From positions 64,048 through 109,402 of the forward strand of contig NW_014040331.1 of assembly GCF_001186125.1 (NCBI RefSeq): a stretch of 45,355 nt of DNA. The letters are read 5' to 3'. Source of the DNA: Sphaeroforma arctica JP610 (lineage: Eukaryota). Each line of letters begins with the position of its first letter. Positions within the stretch are counted from its first letter, which is position 1. The notes beneath the pieces were generated by a model. That model did not search any database and was not told the DNA's origin. It saw only the letters and a program-made list of their open reading frames with translations. Positions 35,301 to 45,355 of this stretch are shown in pieces. A program made the position numbers and the translations under genes.

Positions 35301-35823
35301 GAGAGTGTACATGACCGTGTTTTATTGGGGGGGGGGGAGGGGGGTCAAGGAATGGGGCAAATATCCCCGGAAAGTTTAGATTAATTTAGTAGTTGGATTG
35401 AAACGCCATTAGCTGTCATCACAGGACGATACATGTGGCGCCGAGATAGTTTGTGAGCGTTCGGCGGGTACCCGCCTGCGTGAGTGAAGTGCATTATATT
35501 CAACTGAGATTGAAAGACTGCAAATGTACAACTAGTAGAGCACCAATAAATAAAAGAGTAAATTGTGCCGCGAATTGACATTACGAGTATCCTGGTATGT
35601 GTGTGTACATATGTTCAAACCTTGAAGTCTCGACGCTTTCACCCATCTAAAAGCGACATCGCATCACATCGACACCTGCATGGTGTGGACCAACACAATC
35701 AGCAAGCGCACATGGACAAGGCGACCAATTCGGACATGGTGTATTAGTACCAAGTAAGAACAGCGTTTATTTAATCAACAATACAGTTATCCGCGCTGAT
35801 CAGGTTGCATAGTCTGTACTCGG

Positions 35824-35974
35824 TAGTCCCTTTACAAACTTTAGAGTCGCACCTGGCCACAGACACTCGAGTAGAGCCCACATTATCTCATCTGGACTTA
35901 GTCCCTTTACAAGCTTTACAGTCACACCTGGCCACAGACACTCGAGTAGAGCCCACATAATCTCAACTGGACTT
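35824..35974. repeat. 75-bp tandem duplication between convergent genes
   Basis: tagtccctttacaa...cacctggccacagacactcgagtagagcccacat at 35824 and 35899. Confidence 0.92.
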
Positions 35975-37188
35975 GGCCTTTGCCGACCGCTCGTAACACG
36001 CTTCAGTCTTACGACTATGCAGCAAAGCAGACAGTGACTATGTGAACAGTTCTCACTTCCCCGTCAAAGTACACTCCACTCAGTGACAATTCCAGGGCAC
36101 TCGTATGCGCAGATAGCAATCTCTGCCACTGTCGAGTTATGTTAACACACCCATTTGGCACAGTAGCATGTGCAAGTGCATCTGAATGTCTTAGTTGCAG
36201 AGCAAAGCATGTAGTCGCAGGAATATCTCTAAGAGGCTAGAAAGGTGAGGATTTGAACAAGCAAGTTCACTATAGTGTACGTAGAGCGGAGGGCTTGTAC
36301 AACTTTAATACAAACAGTTACTCGCATCTTTAGCATACATTCGCTCCCACCCCGGTAATAGTCGTTTTGAGTAGTAGAAATGGTGCTCGAGTAGTATAGG
36401 TTAGATTCGAGGTAATAAGGAACACAGCAGTTTGCGTTGTCCCCAGGGGTCAAGGTACACTGCGTCGAGTGAGTAATATGAACGTATGCTCCTATAATGT
36501 ACTCGAAAAACAGCGTGTTCCAGGGCGGTCATACTGCAACACTCAGTATTGCCACGTGCTTGAAGTTGACAATTACCTTGAATGTTGGGTTCTCGTCGTT
36601 TAGCAACCGGGTGCAGATGCTGGGTCGGCTTTAAACACTTGATTTAAAAGACTCTAAATACGTATTTGTAAGTATGCATACTAGCCATCCTAGATCACTC
36701 CTCTACCGTAGACACACCACCCAAGTGAACCAGCATGGGGCACAGGATTACGATACTTGACTGTTAATTCGACATGGATGTTCTATTGAGACTATGTCTC
36801 TCTTGTACATATGCGTATATGCATGTTTACCTACAGCGACACGGGGGATAGAGTGAAATGGAGCGCATACGTTATGCAATTTAGGGCAAGTCGAGGTTTC
36901 TTCCCACTGTTTCTCTGTCTTTACGTTTTACTTCTCAATAGCATGCGCTTTTACGCACTCCACTATATTACACCTACTTGATCCAGGATTACCAGAGGGA
37001 TATAACGAATAAAATTCGCTTGTGGTCATACGAGTACTTGTGAGGTTACAAGGATACTATGTTGGGCATGAAATGATCTCAACATTGCTGCGATTGTATG
37101 CGATGGCCATGTGTCCTGTGAGTTGTAGTGCTGGTAGTGTTGGAACAATCATACAACAACTGGCTATAGGCGCTGAAGTGTTGCCCTA

Positions 37189-37419
37189 TCACCGACTATT
37201 AGCACCGGTCCATTCCGACGCAAAGTGGACAGCTCTGATGGTATAATAGCTCATAGACGGCACAGCTGTACTCCAGGTACGGGACATTTCCAGCTGAGCG
37301 ACGAGGCTCACCACAGTAAACAGCACGGCCAGCATCAGCAGCACACAGTGTGTCCAGTCTATGTGCACCACAACGACGCGAGAGGGCTGGGTTGGGGCGA
37401 CCGGCGCGAATGTACCAGC
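37189..37419 (-). CDS. DysF protein: probable last exon with TM helix
   Basis: cccttgcag|[46 protein letters not shown]...NSR*. Confidence 0.65.
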   Translation of the reverse strand, partial: AGTFAPVAPTQPSRVVVVHIDWTHCVLLMLAVLFTVVSLVAQLEMSRTWSTAVPSMSYYTIRAVHFASEWTGANSR

Positions 37420-40400
37420 CTGCAAGGGTGGGGGAATGTTGGGGTTAAGACGTTGTTATGCGATATTGTATGTGTATACAGACAGATATCAATATACATA
37501 TGATATGTTTGTAGAATGTAAGTGTGCTCATGCTATCATATGAATAAATATAGAAGAGGGTCTCGCGGGTAATGGAGACGACTGCAAATACACACAGCAC
37601 ACAGCCCGTCCTGCGACTGAGTGCATCGCAGCTGCGAGAAGAGTGTGTTTGTGGGAGTGTGGTTCGAGAGCGAGGTAGTCAGCACAGTTGGCGGCGTGAG
37701 GTTACCATTGACACAACAAAAGGTGTCGTCGAACCACGTCGATAGAAGTCTGATATAGCTGGGAAAAGTGTTGTATACTGTTGGTATCACGGCACCTGGT
37801 ACTATCGAGGCATTGAAAGATCCTCAGCGCGTGTGGTCGTTCGCCCGTTAAAGACACAGGGACACTGTTAATTATTAATAGGAACGAACACTGTTAATTG
37901 TTAATAAGAACGAACACTGTTAATTGTTAATAAGAACGAACACTGTTAAATGTTAATAAGAACGAACACTGTTAATTGTTGATAAGGACGAACACTGTCA
38001 ATTGTTAATAAGAACGAACACTGTTAATGTTAATTGCTAATAAGAACGAACACTGTTAATTGTTAATAAGAACGAACACTGCTGATTGTTAATAAGGACG
38101 AACACCGTTAATTGATAATAAGAAAGAACACTGTTAATTGTTAATAAGAACGAACACTGTTAATTGTTAATAAGAACGAACACTGTTAATTGTTAATAAG
38201 AACGAACACTGTTAATTGTTAATAAGAACATGTCACACATACCTGAGGCTCTCTACTACGGAGGTTGATGCTGCTCGATGGTTTAACCGACGACCGTGCA
38301 AGCATACCACGGTCAGACTTTGAGGCTACATCAATCTGCGATGCATAACGCGACAGGCCGTTCGAACCGATATCCTTAGAGCTCTGCATGCATGACGGAG
38401 TATATACGGCATTAGTACGCGCACGTGTACGTTAGCCATGAAACACGATTCATAAACAAATAGGCCAAGATTGAGTTTGTTATCTAGAGTAGGTAAATGA
38501 GTCATACAGGCTGCCCAATAAGCCCGGAATTGCCTCCAGGAGTGTGCATATGGGGAAGTGATGTGATCGATCTGTGGCATACATTCGCAGCCCTGATAGA
38601 TACGCAGTGGTCGCTCACCGCGCCACCACACTTTAAGGCTTGGTGGTGTACACCAATACACAGTTGAACACAAGATCATAGCCTCTGATTGCTAATGCAT
38701 AGAACACAAGATCATAACCTCTGATTGCTAAACACTTCTCCAAGGCCGATTGACCAGCAGTCTAGAAGGATACAATGAACAAGACAATACGTATTTTTAT
38801 ATAACATTTGTCACGTTTGCGTAGTTCCAAGAAATCAATCCATAATATCTCGGCGGGATATGCACAAAGTTCTTCTGAGGAGGGCCTATAGGCACCTTCT
38901 GATAGATACCTCCGGTGTCACTCGTGCGGGACAAACACGCATCAGCATACTCAACAACCAATTACCATCGCCATAGTACACATGGCATGCTCGTAACATA
39001 ATCCAACCTGCGATTCCTACGCATAAAGCTAACTAGACAGCTTCACATAAGTACCTCCAGATATATGAAACGAGTGTAACCAATCCAGAACACCGAGGTT
39101 CTACATACGGGATGCACAAATAACCCGTCTACAGCGCATGGGGTAGCATACATACTTGTTCACCGATTACTCGCAACACACTTAATGAGCACATGCACAC
39201 ACGGCGTTCTGAAGCTTACATCGTATGACGACAAGATCATCCGCCTGACCCGTGTCCACTTACGCCTTCGCACATAACTGGCAGCCTGCATGCAAAACAC
39301 ACAGCGCGTGTTATAGAGTGGGGCCGATGGTACAGCCCTATTGTTCAATGTCTTGGGGGTGTACGGTACAACAGCAAGGTGGTGGTCAGTAGTTGCTTCG
39401 TATTCGTCCAATACAGTTCTGGTGCAATACAGCCCAAGTGTAATACAGTTCTGGTGCAATACAGTCCTAGTGTAATACAGTCCTGGTGCAATACAGTACT
39501 AGTACAATACAGTCCTGGTGCAATACAGTCCTATTACAATACAGTCCTGGAGCAATATAGTCCTAGTGTAATACAGTCCTGATGCAATACAGTCCTAGTT
39601 TAATACAGTCCTGGTGCAATACAGTCCTAGTACAATACAGTTCTGGTGCAATACAGTCCTAGTGTAATACAGTCCTTGTGCAATACAGTACTAGTACAAT
39701 ACAGTCCTGGTGCAATACAGTCCTAGTGTAATACAGTCCTGATGCAATACAGTCCTAGTGAAATACAGTACAGGTGCAATACAGTCCTAGTGTAATACAG
39801 TCCTGATGCAATACAGTCCTAGTGTAATACAGTCCTGATGCAATACAGTCCTAGTGCAATACAGTCCTAGTGTAATACAGTCCTGATGCAATACAGTCCT
39901 AGTGTAATACAGTCCTTGTGCAATACAGTCCTAGTACAAAACAGTCCTGGTGCAATACAGCCCAAGTGTAATACAGTCCTGGTGCAATACAGTCCTAGTG
40001 TAATACNNNNNNNNNNNNNNNNNNNNNNNNNNNNNNNNNNNNNNNNNNNNNNNNNNNNNNNNNNNNNNNNNNNNNNNNNNNNNNNNNNNNNNNNNNNNNN
40101 NNNNNNNNNNNNNNNNNNNNNNNNNNNNNNNNNNNNNNNNNNNNNNNNNNNNNNNNNNNNNNNNNNNNNNNNNNNNNNNNNNNNNNNNNNNNNNNNNNNN
40201 NNNNNNNNNNNNNNNNNNNNNNNNNNNNNNNNNNNNNNNNNNNNNNNGGTGCAATACAGTCCTAGTGTAATACAGTCCTGGTGCAATACAGTCCTAGTGC
40301 AATACAGTCCTGGTGCAATACAGTCCTAGTGCAATACAGTCCTAGTGTAATACAGTCCTGATGCAATACAGTCCTAGTGCAATACAGCCCTAGTGTAATA

Positions 40401-41645
40401 CAGTCCTGGTGCAATACAGTCCTGGTGCAACACAGTCCTGGTGCAAAGCCCTACAGCCTCAATGTCCCAGTGCTCTCACACACTTTAAGTCGATCAGAAC
40501 GGACCATGAACACACCTCGTGACTATTACAGGCCTGAACAGGAGCGCACATATACATTGACGGTGTGCTGTGTGTGTGTGATTCGACATAACATGGGCTA
40601 GTGTAGCATCTTCTCCAACAGCATTCTAATATTGCAAGCTTGTAAACCCTAACCCCTAGATTTCTAGCAATAAAGTGATAAACATTGTCGCCCGATAAGA
40701 CCGGATCTCCTGCGATGAAGCAATTGCACCGAAACACAACACGAACAGATCTTACTAGGGGAGAAGCACAAACCTTGGGTCGATTGAACCATGTGCTCGT
40801 CCAGAAGCTGAAGGCGTATTGCCAGCCCTCGCTATCGTACTTCTCAGGGTTCTTATTGTATGTCCAGTCACCAGTCCATTCCCAACCTACGGATGGCATC
40901 AAGAGGATAGTATGAGACCACTAAGCAGTGGAAGAGCATGGGTGGAGGGTATGTACTATCATAGACAAGCGACTGTGAGTATATGAGTGTGTGAGAATGT
41001 TTGTTGTTAAAACAAGTTTGTCTTGTACATGTGTGCATACACCGAGTACTTAAGTATGAAAACCTACTTTCATGTATACACATGTGTATTTGTACGATAT
41101 TACATGCAAAGATGCGACGAGCATGAAAACATACATCAGTAAATACCAGCTACATACATCGATTTGTTCCAATACTTGTACAATATTACAATATTACAGA
41201 AAGACCATTACATGACGCTGAAATATTCCACAGAGAATCACACAAACCTGAACTGCAAACAAAGCAAACAAATAGACGCTCAGACATCAGTACAAACAGC
41301 CACATATGGAAACAGAAATAAGAAGCATACATGACATGCGTACAATGAAAAACCGGAAATTAAAGTGATATGTCCACCTACATAGTTGTATAACAGCTCA
41401 TTGAAACTTTTCCGAATACTTGTAAACAAACTAATATACAAAGTCTTGATCGCTTGTTGACCAAATAACATGAGCCGCTTTGAAGAGTGGAGGACCCCTC
41501 TGACCAAAAACATGTCGTCCACACGTGATGCTATAAACTGTACGAAAAGGTCGCTACATGACAATTAACTCAACTATACGCATATATATATATATATATA
41601 TATACATACATACATACATACATACATACATACATACACACATAC

Positions 41646-41678
<33 letters not shown>

Positions 41679-41800
41679 TTTATATATACATGTATACATA
41701 CATACATACATCCATACATACGTACATACATACATATATATATATCTATATATACATATATATATAAATATATATTATATATATATATCTATATATAAAC

Positions 41801-41846
<46 letters not shown>

Positions 41847-44553
41847 ATGTATATATGTACATATATATATATATATATACCTGGAGAGAGTTTCTGCTGG
41901 TCCAGGGCTATTGACTGTGTGCCGTCCTTAAGCGACCATTGCCCTCGCTTGTCCATGCCAGGCACCAGCCACATGGTGCTGTACGCTCCAAACAGCCCAC
42001 TACGTTGGTTCTCGTAGACTGTTATCTTCACCTCTGCTGCCTTGCCCGACACCCTACGCTGATTTTGTTCATCTGGTCAAGTACAGAAAGTGCACATGGG
42101 CGTGAGAGTATAGTAAGTGCACATGGGCGTGAGTATAGGTACATAACTAGTGGTTGCACAGGCACGGGCGCAAACCGATTGGTAGTTATTTTTGGACTTA
42201 AGCTTTCGCTCGCCTCCATAAGATCTACAAACAACCGTACCACACCCCCACACCCACACTGCCAGCCCCCGAGCCCCGTCTGCTATGACTGTCGTTCTCC
42301 CCATCGCGCATACTGAGACGGAGTGCATCCAAGCCGTGCCAGAACATTTACACAAAATCCCAACGGACACGTAGCATAAATACAACCCTACGATCGCCTG
42401 TAAGATGTGTACCCGCAAACAGCCATGCACAACCCAACCCAACCCAACCCCCCCCACACACCATTGACTCCCCCCACACACCATTGGCCCCTGTGTCCCT
42501 CCTACCATGACCGTTCTTGGTCACATCGCGCACGTTGAGCGACGAGTGCGACCGCATGGGCATCGTTTTCTGTGACATGTCTTGTTCGGTGTGCGAGCCT
42601 CGGTCTCCTGGTAGCCACTCACTCGCTGCAAAACTCGAGGCAACCCTACCCCCATCGTCGCTCAGGGTGCCGTCCTTGGTTGCAGATGAAGCGTAGGTCG
42701 TGGTCGTAGGGTTAAGGGTTAAGCGCTGGAGGGAGTTTGCGGTCTCGCGAGCAATGCGGAACACGGATGGCGTGTACTGATAGACGTTACCATGGCAACT
42801 AAAGGAGATCTCATCACTCTTTGATTCGCCAGGTAATATGCTATAACCACGCACGTGCAGGACTGCGAGAGTATAGACGTGTTTTGCGAACGTGAACGAG
42901 GGGTAGCGCACACAACCAGCCATACTGCATGCCACAGATACGGTGCCCGCTATATACTCAAGCGCCAATAGCGGGACAGGATCAAAGAACATACCTCCCT
43001 CCATCCATACAAGGGAGACAGCAAACAGCCTACAACGTATATTGATTGAGGCACAAAGTGTGCATAAGACTTGCACAACATAGCTATATCATACATACTA
43101 TGTGTTCTGAGCTGCTGCTGCAGGCACGAGGTCTTTGTTTCATTTGCGGGTCCACTCGGAGCGTAAGTTCACTGTGACTTTTGTCTGTAGAATTGTGGGT
43201 AAGATGGGCATGGTGAGAGGTGAGCTCATGTTTATCGCAGAGTACAGTAGGTGCTGATATTATGCATGTAACTTTGAAGAACAAGCTATGTAATAACACT
43301 GCATGTGTTGTGAGTATATGAGATTCCCTACGTATAATATGTATACCATACCACGAACCCTACTATTGCGCCACATGCTCCAAGTACATACTGGAGTTTT
43401 GACAGAAACTAACAACTGTTCACTACCACTGAATGATATGTATATGATAGGTCGCGTTTATATAGTTACGCATGCGCACAGACTTAATTATTTACCTCCG
43501 TGTATTCTTGTATATATACATGTTTACGTAAATATATCCAAAAATAATATAATTTACTCCTTTACTTAATTATATATATCTTTTTGTATGTCACATATGC
43601 GCACAGACTTAATTATTTGCCTCCGTGGATTCCTGTATATCATGCATGTTTACGTAAATACATCCAAAAATAATATAATATACTCCTATACATACTTGAA
43701 TAAATATGTCTTTTTAAAGGTCACATTTTTTGCAATACTAAATAGTGTAAGTGTTTGCTGGTATATAATAATACATGTTTGTGTTATACACATATTAATG
43801 CTTATAGGTGAGAGTAATTTAAAATTCTCGTGCATACATACATATTTGGACAGCTATGGTCACATATAGCAAACAATTTCTTTTAGTCAAATATATATGA
43901 TAATATATATATATATATATGAATATTCGTACAAAATATATAATACTGATATGTACACATACGAGTTGCAATAATCACTTATATACTTGCCTGCAGATGG
44001 AGTCAGTGTGTCAGAGAGATCAAAATACACACATACATATACAAGCATAAATTTGTAAATCATATCCACTCACTCATATCATATCAGTTCCTGTTCAAAC
44101 ATAAATTCATGTTCAGAATGGGCACACCAGTTCACGATGTACGAGGCATACCTCCGAGCGATTTGACACGGGATTGTGTCTTGCCGCTGTGGTTGTCAGA
44201 TTTAGGCCTTCTATTGTTATGCGTGGTGGAGTGTGGGTGGTGCTGGGTATGGGATATCTCCTGATGTCGAGTGTTCTGGTATATACTGCTGCCGTGATGC
44301 GAGTACATGCGTGTTGCCATGACAACGGGACTATCTTTGTCTCCCTCTTTCGTCCCGTACTGTCCTCCTTCACCAACTACCGTAGCAGTACCGTCATTCT
44401 TGCTCTGTTCGGTACTCCCCATTGCCTCGTATACGTTGTTTGACCCACGCGAGTTGGTTGATCCCGCTGGCGCGCTGTGTGTGGGTGGTGTTGAGGATGA
44501 TTCTGCTATTGAGTTGGCCCTACCGTTCCCGTGATGCGTTAAATCTGGGGTTC
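37189..44553 (-). CDS. DysF (dysferlin/Pex30/TECPR1-type) domain protein with a C-terminal transmembrane helix; 5' end not located
   Basis: Phase-consistent exons 44152-44553, 43095-43184, 42506-42862, 41881-42072, 40774-40886, 39220-39285, 38508-38571, 38243-38325, 37189-37419. DysF motifs [47 protein letters not shown]; hydrophobic [22 protein letters not shown] near the C-terminus. Confidence 0.8.
37862..38229. repeat. 26-bp minisatellite (about 14 copies), intronic
   Basis: acactgttaattgttaataagaacga units; ends about 13 nt from the donor at 38242. Confidence 0.95.
39220..39285 (-). CDS. DysF protein exon (DysF-C arginine motif)
   Basis: [22 protein letters not shown]; atgcag| and |gtaagc. 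Confidence 0.9.
39410..40445. repeat. 16-bp minisatellite, intronic, with an assembly gap inside
   Basis: aatacagtcct(a/g)gtg(t/c) units on both sides of the N run at 40007-40247. Confidence 0.95.
40774..40886 (-). CDS. DysF protein exon (Trp-rich core)
   Basis: [38 protein letters not shown]. Confidence 0.92.
41881..42072 (-). CDS. DysF protein exon (YENQR motif)
   Basis: [51 protein letters not shown]...LSP. Confidence 0.88.
42506..42862 (-). CDS. DysF protein exon (predicted, Ser/Thr-rich)
   Basis: [24 protein letters not shown]...RDVTKNGH; ctcgcag| and |gtagga. Confidence 0.65.
43466..43700. repeat. ~125-bp diverged intronic duplication
   Basis: atgcgcacagacttaattattt..ctccgtg..catgtttacgtaaata..tccaaaaataatataat occurs twice. 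Confidence 0.85.
44152..44553 (-). CDS. DysF protein exon (predicted, disordered)
   Basis: [14 protein letters not shown]...[10 protein letters not shown]...RVKSLG; aacag| and |gtatgc. Confidence 0.6.
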
Positions 44554-45355
44554 CTGTTCAAGAAGGTGTGGCGTGGTTGGGTCAATAAACATAGTTAACT
44601 AATTGATTTCTTGCAATGTTGTGCGTGTGATATGGCTTGTATGTGGGTGTTTGGTCGTGTTAGTATCTGTGCGTGTGTTCGTGAACGAAAGATATGTGGC
44701 TGTGCAAGTGCACTTGAAGAAAAAGTATACGACAACTACAGGTTAGTCGTTGCGAGAGATGTTGTTTCTAAACTAGTAGCTTAAATGACGTAACCAATTG
44801 CAACATACCAGTAAAAGTAACCAGCCCTAACTGAAGAATTAATGCGCGTCTAGTGTTTACAGGTACAAACACATAATACAACTAACATTCATTCATTGCC
44901 CGCCTATTTGTTCTCAACACAGATGTACTCTCGGGACTATTTGTATAATCCATGCGTACATGTCGCATCGTCAGGTCTTTGTGCACTGACACTCGTGGTA
45001 TTTTTAGAGGTGAGTAGGAAGCTCGGTGGATCCAAAATGATATGCCATAGGCCCATGAATATACGTGGACACATCACCCAGCACATGTCAGAATAAACCA
45101 CAGATGATTACACTGTCTCAAACCAAAGAAGAAATGGATGGACACCTATTATAAACACTTGGCTAGTTCAGACAGACATAGCTAAAGTCTACAATATACT
45201 ACATATACGCAAATGTGTGCACGAGGTGACGTACATACATCAGACTATACACAGGTGGACACATGATCCCTACAAATAGTGCTAGTGACAATTGTGTAGG
45301 GAATTCAGACATGACCCCTGCAAATAGTGCTAATGACTATTGTGTGGGGAATTCA

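Noticed and set aside
37862..40445. CRISPR-like appearance of the 26-bp and 16-bp arrays
   Set aside because: Head-to-tail units with no unique spacers, no cas genes, and located in spliceosomal introns.

Overview
Eukaryotic genomic DNA with microsatellite-filled introns and two assembly gaps (32993-33151, 40007-40247). The intron style and gene content suggest a unicellular opisthokont such as an ichthyosporean (inference only). From left to right: (1) one probable exon of an upstream + strand gene; (2) a transposon graveyard (about 1.6-6.7 kb) holding two decayed Ty3/Gypsy pol fragments, a diverged 4-copy repeat and a 5'-truncated, inactivated non-LTR retrotransposon with an unrecognised C-terminal extension; (3) a complete minus-strand WDR24 (GATOR2/SEA2) gene, reconstructed by hand as 20 phase-consistent exons (about 1187 aa) with one GC-AG intron; (4) an odd micro-duplication-rich spacer; (5) a two-exon P1B heavy-metal ATPase with a plant HMA2/3/4-like CCxxE domain and an atypical transmembrane signature; (6) a minus-strand gene encoding a DysF-domain protein with a C-terminal transmembrane helix, 5' end not located. 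The most striking non-coding pattern is that many intronic tandem duplications begin at, or straddle, real splice junctions, generating arrays of decoy splice sites. Most entries in the ORF track are microsatellite artefacts.
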